A stretch of 39,654 bases of DNA from an uncultured bacterium (GTDB taxonomy: Bacteria; Latescibacterota; UBA2968). Shown one piece after another: positions 27,666 to 36,951 of this stretch. Location of the stretch: positions 1 to 39,654 of the forward strand of contig CAYYGZ010000008.1 in the NCBI GenBank assembly GCA_964471275.1, given 5' to 3'. The stretch's first letter is position 1; each line of letters starts with the position of its first letter. Below the pieces are notes generated by a model that made no database searches, was not told the origin of the DNA, and worked only from the letters and a program-made list of their open reading frames with translations. A program made the position numbers and the translations under genes.

Positions 27666-30242
27666 ATGACTGACGAGATCACGAATGTGATAGAGACTCT
27701 ACGGCCATACACGGGTGAAGTGCCGGTTGGGGCGCCGCCGGAGATTCTGCCGTGGGAACCGGATGACAAATGGGCTCTGGATGGTGCGGCACGACGGGCA
27801 TTGGCGGCAATACTGGAAGGCGCAGGCGCCTCGTCGGAGACGTATGCGATCGCGGATTATCTGCTGACGTTCAACAGTCCCGGTTATAAGGGGAGGTTTC
27901 ACCCCTCTGCTGAAGATGGTGACGGGCTGCTTCTGAACGGGACGGCGTTGGCGCTTTACGGGTATCTGTTCGCGGATCACCCGGAGGCCGAACTGTGGCG
28001 GATCGCGGGGTGTGCGAGACTGGCGTCGGTTGTGCATATGCGAAAGGCCGCATTGGAGAACCAGGTGTCGGCAGACTGTGTGCAAACGGTGTGCCGTGTG
28101 GCCAGGCAGTTGGAGATGCCGATCCTTGCGGATCTGCTCACGCTTCAGGAACGGATGTGGGGTCAGTTTGTCGATCACAGCTGGTCGGAGCGTCTCTACA
28201 CGTCCGCCGATCAGTATCCGGAGCACATGATCGATCCCATAGACGCGTCAGCTGTCGGAAATCTGATGCGTGGGCGCGGGTGGCAGAAGGATGCGGCGAC
28301 TCCGGATTTCCTTATGCAGGCGGATCTCGAGGATGCGGACGGAATGTGCGACAATCTGATGACGCTCAGGGCTCACATGCTTTTACGACATCAGTTTGGT
28401 GACGAGATCGACTGGAATCTGCGTCTCTTCGACGACGTTGAATCAACGGTCAGCTTGAACGCTCAGCCGTTTATCCGAAATCTGGTGTCTGCCTACGAGT
28501 CGACAGGAGATGACAAGTATCCTGAGACTGCTGCACGACTGCTGCGATCCTGGTACGGCCTGTGTCCGGTGCCGAATCATTGGCATCGGCAAGGTCCGTG
28601 GCGCACGCTGGAAGTCGGGAACCGTCAGTGCAACGTGTGGCCGGCGGCAATGGCTGTCCTGGGTGAGCACGATGCGTTTGACGAGGACCTGCACGCGATG
28701 CTGGCGCGGTCTCGGCTGGATCATATCCGGTATGCGCTGTCATTCTGCGGCGGAGCGAATAACTGGTATCAGGTTGAGGCATCAGGGATGGCGTGCGCCG
28801 CGCTGTTCTCTCCTGAACTGAGGCAGTCAGAGGCAGCCCGCCGTGTGGCGATGCGACGGTTGAAGTGGATTAACAGTTTCGCCTACTACGACGATGGGTT
28901 TCAGTTCGAGCTGACGCACGGCTACCACGTTTTCCCGAGTTCGTCCCTATTCGCTGTCGTTCAGACGGCCAAAGCGCGTGGCGTGAACCTGCCCGATGAC
29001 TTCACCTCACTGGTGGAGAGGGCGCATGAGATGTATCTGTTTTCCGCCCAGCCCGATCACCTGCTCCCCACGTTCAACGACTGCAATCCGAACCCGACGG
29101 ATCCAGCGGGTCTGCTGGGTGCGGCCGCCGCCGCATTCGATCGAGATGATTTTCGTTGGGGCGCGACCCACGGCGCCGAAGGGACGGCACCCGATCACTG
29201 CTCGCACGCCTGGCCAGACGCAGGACTGTACGTCATGCGAGACAAGTGGGGTCCCGACGGTCAGCATTTGTTCTTCGACGGTGCTGCCTGGGGTGCGTCG
29301 CATCAGCACGAAGACAAGCTCACGTTCTCTCTCTACAGCAACGGTCGTCTGCTCATCGGCGATCCGAATATCTACAGCTATGCAGCGACTGAACTGACGC
29401 ACTACTTCAAGTCATCCCGAGCACACAATGTGGTTATGGTGGACGGCAAAGGCCAGATTCGGCGCTACGATGCCGATGCGAAGCTTTCGACAAGAGGAAG
29501 TAACGAGTGGGTCAGTGAGGAACAGTTCGACTTCGTAAGCAGTGAATACTGTGAACCTTTTGGGCTGAATCTCTTCAAGGCGAAAGAAGTGCCCGAGCTG
29601 GATGAATCGATTACGCACAGACGGTCGATCTTCTACGTGAAGGGCAAATACTGGATTCTGTGTGATCTTCTGGAAGGTGAAGGCGCAGAGCAGCACCAGT
29701 TCGAGCAGTTATTTCACCCGGGGCCCATTTACGATGGGTCCGCGGACATCCCCATGCTGGTCGGAGGCCTGGCGACGGACAACAACGTGATTCGTACGAC
29801 TGATGAAGGTCTCGGGAACCTGGCGATCGTACCCGTAGATCGGGGTCCTCTGACGATCTTGGCCCGAAAGGGTGAGACGAATCCTGCAGCCGGGTGGTAT
29901 GGCGTGCTCGGCGAGTTTCCTGCGTGGGAGGTCTCGTGTGAATCTTNNNNNNNNNNGGATGCGGTGATGTTTCCGATGAAAGCGGGTTCACAGGAGCACC
30001 CGGTTGCCGAGAGGTTATACACCGATGCAACAATGACCGCCTTTGAGATCATCGGCGCGGGGGTGAACGATGTGTTTATCCTGTGTGAGCCGGGATGTCC
30101 TGAGGTCGCGGTGGATGACATCGTGTTCAAGGGAAGGGCGCTGCTGGTCAGGAGAGGCGTAGAGGCTGAAGTGATGAGTGTGGGAGCGGAGCAGGTGGAG
30201 ATCGGGGGTATCGACCAACTACCAAAGACAAATGACAAGTGA
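27666..30242 (+). CDS. Heparinase II/III-like (PL12-type) lyase family protein; spans N gap 29947-29956
   Basis: WRTLEVGNR, NNWYQVE, DGFQFELTHGYH, PTFND, GLYVMRDKW, HQHEDKLTF, SSRAHNVVMVDG; no signal peptide. Confidence 0.85.
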   Translation: MTDEITNVIETLRPYTGEVPVGAPPEILPWEPDDKWALDGAARRALAAILEGAGASSETYAIADYLLTFNSPGYKGRFHPSAEDGDGLLLNGTALALYGYLFADHPEAELWRIAGCARLASVVHMRKAALENQVSADCVQTVCRVARQLEMPILADLLTLQERMWGQFVDHSWSERLYTSADQYPEHMIDPIDASAVGNLMRGRGWQKDAATPDFLMQADLEDADGMCDNLMTLRAHMLLRHQFGDEIDWNLRLFDDVESTVSLNAQPFIRNLVSAYESTGDDKYPETAARLLRSWYGLCPVPNHWHRQGPWRTLEVGNRQCNVWPAAMAVLGEHDAFDEDLHAMLARSRLDHIRYALSFCGGANNWYQVEASGMACAALFSPELRQSEAARRVAMRRLKWINSFAYYDDGFQFELTHGYHVFPSSSLFAVVQTAKARGVNLPDDFTSLVERAHEMYLFSAQPDHLLPTFNDCNPNPTDPAGLLGAAAAAFDRDDFRWGATHGAEGTAPDHCSHAWPDAGLYVMRDKWGPDGQHLFFDGAAWGASHQHEDKLTFSLYSNGRLLIGDPNIYSYAATELTHYFKSSRAHNVVMVDGKGQIRRYDADAKLSTRGSNEWVSEEQFDFVSSEYCEPFGLNLFKAKEVPELDESITHRRSIFYVKGKYWILCDLLEGEGAEQHQFEQLFHPGPIYDGSADIPMLVGGLATDNNVIRTTDEGLGNLAIVPVDRGPLTILARKGETNPAAGWYGVLGEFPAWEVSCESXXXXDAVMFPMKAGSQEHPVAERLYTDATMTAFEIIGAGVNDVFILCEPGCPEVAVDDIVFKGRALLVRRGVEAEVMSVGAEQVEIGGIDQLPKTNDK

Positions 30243-30306
30243 CCCGATAAGACCTTTTGCACCACATCCGTTTCAGTAGAATCAGGACCCAGGAGATCGA
30301 GGATCG

Positions 30307-30905
30307 GTGAACTTTCAGTCACGACACGAACCCGTTAGCGGACATCCGGATGCTCCCGTGCGCATGGTCAGGAATAGCCTGGCGGACATACCTTCCTTCG
30401 GGCTTCCGGATGGATATACGATCCGTTGGTTTGCACCGGGAGACGAAGCCCACTGGCTGCGCATCCACAGGGCGTGCGAGGGCTACGGCGAGTTGAAAGC
30501 CAGTTTGTTTGCGGATCAATATGGGAGTGACCCGGAGGCGCTGTCGAACCGAGTTGCCTTTGTCTGTCGTGCAGATGGGTGGCCCGTGTCGACGAACACC
30601 GCTTGGATGAATGACTGGAACGGGCAGCACTGGGGACGCGTTCACTGGGTGGCGACATCGCGAGAGGAACAGGNNNNNNNNNNAAGGGGCTGTCCAAGCC
30701 GTTGATGAAGGCAATCTGCGAGCGTCTGCGAGAACTGGGTCACGACAGGGCGTATCTGACGACGAATACACTACGTGTTCGGGCAATTGCGCTTTACGCG
30801 GTCTTCGGGTTCAAGGCATATTGGGAGACAGAGAAGGAGAAGGCGGCCTGGGCGGGTTTGCGTCTGCGAATGAGGGAGCTCGGCAAGTCCGTAGAGGCAG
30901 TTTAG
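30307..30905 (+). CDS. GNAT family acetyltransferase; split by N gap 30674-30683
   Basis: GRVHWVATSREEQ[gap]KGLSKPLMKAICERLRELGHDRAYLTTNTLRVRAIALYAVFGF (GNAT motifs A and B). Confidence 0.8.
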
Positions 30906-30941
30906 TGAACGCGTATTCCTGGATTTCTGAAGGAAGTGTAG

Positions 30942-31883
30942 ATGAGACGAGCCAGATTGCTGAGTGTCGCTTTCCCAAAGGGCGGATACAAGTCCGTTGA
31001 GGAGAATCGGAAGCAGATCGTCGAGCATCTGCTGAAGACGGAGGAGTACAAGCCGGATTTTGTCTGCTTTACGGAGGTTGCGAGAGAACTCGGTACGGCT
31101 GACGACGATCCTGCCTGGGAGGGAGAACCTATTCCTGGCGAGACAACGATCGAGATCGGGAGGATTGCGAAGGAGATCGGATCACACGTGGTCGTCGGGA
31201 TGCACGAAAGAATTGACGGAGATGCCTACAATGCGGCTGTGCTGATCGGGCGGGATGGCGACGTGATTGGACGATACCATAAGGTTCAGCCGACGGTCAG
31301 TGAGATGGAGAGGAAGGGGGTCAGACCGGGTGAGACCGGGATGACGTTCGATACAGATCTGGGCAAGGTCGGTATGCTCGTCTGTTTTGATCTCAAGTTC
31401 CCTGAAGTGGCGATGTCATTGGCACGCAATCAGGCGCGTGTAGCCTTCTTTCCGAGTATGTTCCACGGGGGGATGCGGCACCAATCGGTGACTCGTGACT
31501 ATGGGATGTTTCTGGTTGTCAGCCAGGCGCACGAGAGCGTGATCGTGGATATGTGCGGCCGCCGGTTGGCGTGGCAGGGATATGGTGAGCCCTTGGTGGA
31601 TCAGGGCCAATTGGCGCCCTTTGCGTTTGCTGAGGTGAACCTCGATTGCAAAGCCTATCATCTCGATTTCAATCAGGCAAAGCTGGGAGATATCCAGTCG
31701 AAGTATGGCTCGGGTGTACAGTTCGAGATTATGCGACCGGAGGCGACCTTTGTGATGTCTTCCCTGATGGAGGATGTCTGCGTGGAAGACATAGAAGCGG
31801 AGTTCGAGCTGGAAGATATGTGGTCCTACTATGATCGATCGAGAGGGGTCGCGGCTGAAGGTCGGTCGGGAATTCTCGCCTAG
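30942..31883 (+). CDS. Carbon-nitrogen hydrolase (nitrilase superfamily)
   Basis: Catalytic triad contexts CFTE, YHKVQP, LVCFDLKFPE; YNAAVLIGRDG. Confidence 0.9.
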   Translation: MRRARLLSVAFPKGGYKSVEENRKQIVEHLLKTEEYKPDFVCFTEVARELGTADDDPAWEGEPIPGETTIEIGRIAKEIGSHVVVGMHERIDGDAYNAAVLIGRDGDVIGRYHKVQPTVSEMERKGVRPGETGMTFDTDLGKVGMLVCFDLKFPEVAMSLARNQARVAFFPSMFHGGMRHQSVTRDYGMFLVVSQAHESVIVDMCGRRLAWQGYGEPLVDQGQLAPFAFAEVNLDCKAYHLDFNQAKLGDIQSKYGSGVQFEIMRPEATFVMSSLMEDVCVEDIEAEFELEDMWSYYDRSRGVAAEGRSGILA

Positions 31884-31952
31884 GCAGGTCGACACCGCGA
31901 ATTGGTTGTGAGCACCGTGTGTCGTGAAGCATACAGTCTTTTGGGAGTGTCA

Positions 31953-33011
31953 ATGGATCCAGCAAGGATAGGTGTCATCGGTTGTGGTGTGATCGGATCA
32001 GAGCATATCAAAGCGGCAGACGCCAGCGACAGGGTGGACCTGGTTGCGGTTGCTGATCTCAAAGAGGATCTGGCAAAGGAGAAGGCGCTTTCTTTCGATG
32101 TTCGAAAGATGTATGTCGAGGGACTGGATCTGTTGGAGGATGACTCGATCGAGGGTGTCGTTCTGGCGATGCCTGCCGTGCAGAGACGCATTCTGGCGCT
32201 GAAAGCCTTCGAACGAGGCATTCACGTGCTTGTAGAGAAACCGGCCGGGATGGACGCGAATGAGGTGCGTGAACTAATCGATGCACGTGGCGATCTGATC
32301 GCCGGATGCTGCTCAAGCCGTTTCCGGTTTCCTGCGTCCGCCAATGCGGTGGCCGATTTTGTCGCGAGTGGTGCTCTTGGCGATCTGCGTGTGGTTCATT
32401 GCCGAGCGCTGCGACCGGGCGGTCCGCCGCCGGAGAAGGATCCACCGGTCTGGCGACTGCGTCGGGACCTGAATGGCGGCGGGATCATGTCGAACTGGGG
32501 TTGCTACGACCTCGATTACTTGCTGGGTATCACGGGTTGGACTCTCAAGCCTAAAACGGTCCTCGGTCAGAAGTGGGGCGTTCCACCCCGCTTCCACGCC
32601 CTGGCGGACCCGAGCTCCAATGCGGAAACACACCTGGTGGCGACAATCCTGTGCGAGGGTGACGTTGCCATCCACTACGAGCGGGGCGAAATGATGGCGA
32701 GCAGTCCGCGGCTGACGTGGCAGGTTGTCGGTGCGGACGGGTCTCTGGATCTGGAGATGGTTAAGGGAGAAAAGAAGATCGAGTTCCACAAGGCGATTTC
32801 TGAGGCAGGTGTGGTCACGGAGACACTCTGGGAGGGCTCGGAAGACACGGGTAAGATCCACGGTGGACCGATTCGAGATTTTGCGACAGCGATTCGGGAA
32901 GGACGTCAGCCGAAGACAAGCCTTGAGAATGCCCTCGTGGTGCAGCAGATTACGGATGCGATCTATGCGTCTGCGGAGCGCGGGCAGGCGGTGGAAATCA
33001 ATGACACATGA
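31953..33011 (+). CDS. Gfo/Idh/MocA family oxidoreductase
   Basis: IGVIGCGVIG, HVLVEKP, NGGGIMSNWGCYDLD. Confidence 0.92.
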   Translation: MDPARIGVIGCGVIGSEHIKAADASDRVDLVAVADLKEDLAKEKALSFDVRKMYVEGLDLLEDDSIEGVVLAMPAVQRRILALKAFERGIHVLVEKPAGMDANEVRELIDARGDLIAGCCSSRFRFPASANAVADFVASGALGDLRVVHCRALRPGGPPPEKDPPVWRLRRDLNGGGIMSNWGCYDLDYLLGITGWTLKPKTVLGQKWGVPPRFHALADPSSNAETHLVATILCEGDVAIHYERGEMMASSPRLTWQVVGADGSLDLEMVKGEKKIEFHKAISEAGVVTETLWEGSEDTGKIHGGPIRDFATAIREGRQPKTSLENALVVQQITDAIYASAERGQAVEINDT

Positions 33012-33077
33012 CAAGTGACCAACTGAACGGTCTGCTTTGGCGGCTTTTCTTGGTACATGGAAGAGGATAGGTGAAGG

Positions 33078-33668
33078 ATGAGTGAAACGGTTGAGTTGTT
33101 TGATGGGGAGACGTTAATGGGGTGGGGGAGCACCGGGAATCCTGAAAGTTGGGAAGTCAAAGACGGGTGTATCCATTGCAAGGCGTTGAAGGGAAGGAAT
33201 CTCTTTACCGAACGGCACGACTTCAGAGATTTTGAAATGTCGCTGAGTTTCAAACACGACGAGAGTGCAAACAGTGGCGTGTTCTTTCGGTGGACCGATC
33301 TCAGGGAGCCCGTTCAGACGGGCATTGAGATCCAGATTCTCGACACGTACGGACGTGAGCCGGAAACAACGCATTGCAGCGGTGCCTTGTATGATTGTTT
33401 GGCGCCGGTCAGGAATACGTGTAAACCAGCTGGGGAATGGAACAGGATGGTCCTGACTGCAGAAGGTTCCGATATCACGGTGGTGATGAACGACGAGCCC
33501 ACACTGAAGGCAGATCTGAGTCAGTGGACGGTCGCCGGTCAAAACCCCGACGGTACACCGAACAAGTTCAAGAGACCGTTTTGCGAAATGATGGAGCCCG
33601 GGCACATCGGGCTGCAGGATCACGGTGGGAATATCTGGTTCAAGAACCTGGTGCTCGAGCTGCCTTGA
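33078..33668 (+). CDS. DUF1080 (3-keto-glycoside hydrolase/hydratase-like) protein
   Basis: LFDGETLMGW, ANSGVFFR, EIQILD, GALYD, GEWN, GHIGLQDHG, WFKNL; no signal peptide. Confidence 0.92.
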   Translation: MSETVELFDGETLMGWGSTGNPESWEVKDGCIHCKALKGRNLFTERHDFRDFEMSLSFKHDESANSGVFFRWTDLREPVQTGIEIQILDTYGREPETTHCSGALYDCLAPVRNTCKPAGEWNRMVLTAEGSDITVVMNDEPTLKADLSQWTVAGQNPDGTPNKFKRPFCEMMEPGHIGLQDHGGNIWFKNLVLELP

Positions 33669-33684
33669 TTCACGAGGAGAGGGA

Positions 33685-33882
33685 GTGACAGAACGTGAGC
33701 CACAGGTAGAAAGAGCAGAAACCGAAGGACGGGCGGGTCGTCAGTTCATGGCGATCCGCTTTCTCGTACCCTTGCCGATCGTGATCTGTGCAATCTTCTA
33801 TTTCACGAGTCCGAGGTTTAGCTCGATGGCCAACGAGGGAGTCAGGCTTCTCGTCGCCGGCGATGTGCAAGCCCTCCGGGAT
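33685..33882 (+). pseudogene. 5' fragment of a membrane protein (probably TVP38/DedA-like)
   Basis: RBS AGGAG, GTG 33685; one TM segment, then ...VRLLVAGDVQALRD, after which it runs into antisense MFS sequence. Confidence 0.45.
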
Positions 33883-34332
33883 GATGTCGGCGAGCCACCC
33901 ATTGTAGAAGGGACCGTTCAGGAAACCGAAGAATAGACCGCACCCGAGAAGCACGATGACGGCGAGGACTCGATTCTCTACGAGGTAGAGCGGGATCAGT
34001 ATGATGGAAAAGCGCATCAGCATTTCCAGCAATCCCGCGAGCATGACGAATCGCTTGGGTTTTTTCCGACGATTGAAGATCGGGGAGGAGAGGATCTGGG
34101 CGAGGCTGGTGAAAGATGCGATCGAGACGAATTACGCGATTTCAGCCTCGGTCGCGCCGAGCCACAGTGCGTAACCGGTGAAGGTGGCGACGCCGATACC
34201 GACGACACGTCCCCACGCGCCCCAGAAGGTGCTGGAGATGATGAATGCACGCAGTGCGCGCGCCGTTTGCCGGTTGGATAGATCGTATGAGGAGGACCTG
34301 GCGTCTTCCGACGCCGAGGTGTCTGATGACAC
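33870..34332 (-). pseudogene. 5' fragment of an MFS transporter with an internal stop
   Basis: ...FTGYALWLGATEAEIA*FVSIASFTSLAQ...YNGWLADIIPEG; TAA at 34132-34; truncated at ~33875. Confidence 0.75.
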
Positions 34333-34337
34333 GTTAT

Positions 34338-35426
34338 CTACTTTCCTGCCTGGAGATACGCCGTGAGCTGTTCCTTGCTCAAGTCTTTGATTCCGAGCGC
34401 CTCTACACCGCGTGCCGCCGCCCAGCCGTCGAATCCGATTACGATGGAGCCAATATCGACAAAGGCGTCCATCGTGGGTGTGTCCACCCCATATTGGGAT
34501 CCGATCGAACTCCAGGCGGCGAGTCCAAAGGGAATGTCCTCTGTGAGCCAACGTGTTTGCAGGCTGCCGGGGGCTTTGAGGGCGGTCAACATGCGGCTGC
34601 CGTTGATGGTGGCCCAGAGATCGCCCTTGGGTCCGAAACCGGCGGTGTGGAAGGCTTCGTTCGCTGGTATCAGGTCATAACCCAGGGCTGAGCCTACGGC
34701 CCGGCGCTCGTCGTCGACTTTCATGATGACGTTGGCGACCGTTTTCGTGATCCCTTCATCATAGAAATAGAACTCGCCTCTGGATCGCTCCACCCGGCCC
34801 GCGTTCATGAGCAGGCCTGCCGGATGGACGACGGGATTCATCGCACTGAGACCGCACGCGACAACGTCGGGATATGTTTGCACGCCCGGGAAGAGTTCGT
34901 CCAGACGCTTCCTTACCTGCTCGGTTTGACTTGTGGGCATGACGCCCAGTCCCAGCCCCGTGACCGTGCCCCAGATCGTCGCCGTGTCGGGCTCCGTTTT
35001 CCGACAAACGTAGGGGGCGGTGTCGACCTCCGCGAGGACCGGCAATGTCGCTCCCATATCACGGAGACTTTTCGCCCAAGCCAGCGTCCCGATATTGCCG
35101 GGCACGAGGACGATCGTGTGGTCGACCGTAACGTGCGGGGCACACGATTCGATGAAAGGTCCGTGTGCGTAGGAAGGCACGATGACGAGTATGAGATCGC
35201 TTGCCTGGAGTGCCTCTGAGATGTCGGCAGTGAGTCTGTGGATTCGGGCAGGGCCGGTTTCAGCTACGCCAAGCAAGTTGATTTCGTGCGTATCCCGAAT
35301 GGGTTCGAGAGTATGCTCGAAAGATGGGATTTCCCACAGGGTCACTTCGTGGCCTTGGAGCGTCAGATTTGCGGCAACCGAGAACGCGGTGTTGCCGCCG
35401 CCAAGGATGGTGACTGAATCAGACAT
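34338..35426 (-). CDS. NAD/NADP opine (octopine/nopaline) dehydrogenase family protein
   Basis: ILGGGNTA Rossmann motif, VVPS-like IVPSYAH, NPVVHPAGLLMNAG, FYFYDEG, RWLTEDIPFGL. Confidence 0.88.
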   Translation of the reverse strand: MSDSVTILGGGNTAFSVAANLTLQGHEVTLWEIPSFEHTLEPIRDTHEINLLGVAETGPARIHRLTADISEALQASDLILVIVPSYAHGPFIESCAPHVTVDHTIVLVPGNIGTLAWAKSLRDMGATLPVLAEVDTAPYVCRKTEPDTATIWGTVTGLGLGVMPTSQTEQVRKRLDELFPGVQTYPDVVACGLSAMNPVVHPAGLLMNAGRVERSRGEFYFYDEGITKTVANVIMKVDDERRAVGSALGYDLIPANEAFHTAGFGPKGDLWATINGSRMLTALKAPGSLQTRWLTEDIPFGLAAWSSIGSQYGVDTPTMDAFVDIGSIVIGFDGWAAARGVEALGIKDLSKEQLTAYLQAGK

Positions 35427-35543
35427 AGGTATTGAGGGTTTCTGGTAGAGGAATGAGGATTGAGAGTCGGAAGTCCCGATTCGAATTTAGAGCTCGAAAG
35501 CCAGAGTCAGACCTCGGGTTGGGACATGCGCTGAGATGGTGTG

Positions 35544-36031
35544 TCAGCTATACCTGGCAATTGAGGCAACTGTGGCGTCCGAGACTTCTATGAGATCCGC
35601 AGGCGCGATGAGAATCTGGACACCACGCAGACCGGCACTGATGCTGATGACATCGTGCAATTCGCACATTTCGTCGATGAACAGACGATAGGGTTTCTTC
35701 GTTCCGAGTGGGGAACATCCCCCGCGGACATAGCCTGTCAGTTTCTGCAGATCGGCGATTGGGGCAAGGTCCGCTTTCTTGTTGCCAGATTGAGCTGCCA
35801 ATGCCTTGAGATCAAGCTCAGCGTCTGCGGGGATACAGGCAAGCACAATCTCTTTCTGAACGATCTGGACGACAAGAGTCTTGTAAACACATTCGACGGG
35901 GAGGTCCAGCTTGGCTGCGGCAGTTGTCGCGCTGAGATCGGATTTCTCGACGGCGTAGGCTTGGAGAGTTCGTACGGGATTCCGGCGCTGTCGAGGATCC
36001 GGGCGGCGTTGGTTCTGGGGATGTTGGGCAC
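35544..36031 (-). pseudogene. ybaK: Cys-tRNA(Pro) deacylase YbaK, frameshifted
   Basis: RTNAARILDSAGIPYEL | QAYAVEKSDLSA...VYKTLV...LDLKALA...LTGYVRGGCSPLG...ISAGLRG; apparent 2-bp (CT) duplication at ~35965. Confidence 0.85.
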
Positions 36032-36539
36032 GGGGTGGGCCGAGATGGGGTGACAGCAGACGTTAAGTCTGCGGTTACGGGCATGTCGCCAATATAGAAG
36101 CTGGCATCCGGTGAAACAATGGAAAGGGATTGCAGATTACGACAGGACTGCGACGAGGAGTACGAGAAGAAGCCCAAACGAAAACTCCCATCTCAGTTTC
36201 AGCCGGTTTGAGAAGAACCGGGGTACATCCCAAACCAGCGTCGACCGTGATGAGAGGTTTCGTATGAGCAATGCTTGCTTTCGCAACTGGCGTGCCATCG
36301 TATTCGTGATTGGCAGAAATTCATTACGGTCTGGTAGAAACGTTGTCTAATGGTCTCTTCTGAGATGCGTAGGTAGTGAGGATGATCCCGTTCTCAGGAA
36401 GGATGACCTGCTGCGCTTGTATTGGATCTCACTCTTTCGACAGACTCGATTAGCTATCCTACCTTCCACGTGACACCAATGAAAAAGCTCCGGGAGGCCA
36501 ATATCACGGGGCACAAGAGCTGCATCAGTCAGGAAGCGT

Positions 36540-36734
36540 TTAGCCGTCGGCGGCCTGATCGCGGCCCAGCATCTGGAATACCTTCTCCACAAGACCCTTG
36601 TGGTCAAATGGTTTTGCCAGGAACCCGTTGACACCCAACTTGATTGCACGTACGACTTCCTCCTCCTCCTCCACGACAAGGATGCGGATGTCCTTCGTGC
36701 TCGGCGCTTTTTGGGGTGTGTTCTCTTCAGCCAT
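36540..36734 (-). pseudogene. Internally deleted response-regulator receiver domain
   Basis: 64 aa: DIRILVVE (beta1) joined directly to EEVVRAIKLGVNGFLAKPF (alpha4-beta5); the phospho-Asp region is missing. Confidence 0.75.
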
Positions 36735-36822
36735 AGTTTTTCCAAATCGCGAACAAAATGTGCGTTCAGGAAGGGCCCGTGTCAAAGGAAACTCCAACTC
36801 GCCGTGACCTTGTTCGGTGGCA

Positions 36823-36848
36823 AAGGGCGGGCTATATTGCCCGCCCTT
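36823..36848. repeat. Perfect 10-bp hairpin between divergent genes
   Basis: aagggcgggc-tatatt-gcccgccctt. Confidence 0.55.
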
Positions 36849-36951
36849 GGATGATGTATCCGGGACGGAATGATTCTGGCAGAGACGTGTAACGTTCTGT
36901 GCAAACACAAGTTGTGATGATCGCTGAGCCATCGCGGTTCAGGACAGGGAA

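Noticed and set aside
21344..34134. Stop-codon recoding (TAG 21344, TGA 26955, TAA 34132) as an alternative code, Sec or Pyl
   Set aside because: Three different stops are involved, all are used as normal terminators in intact genes, and two sit in genes with other lesions. Point mutation is simpler.
36040..36540. Possible small genes between ybaK and the receiver remnant
   Set aside because: Several short ORFs on both strands with no recognisable motif or RBS; may be decayed sequence.
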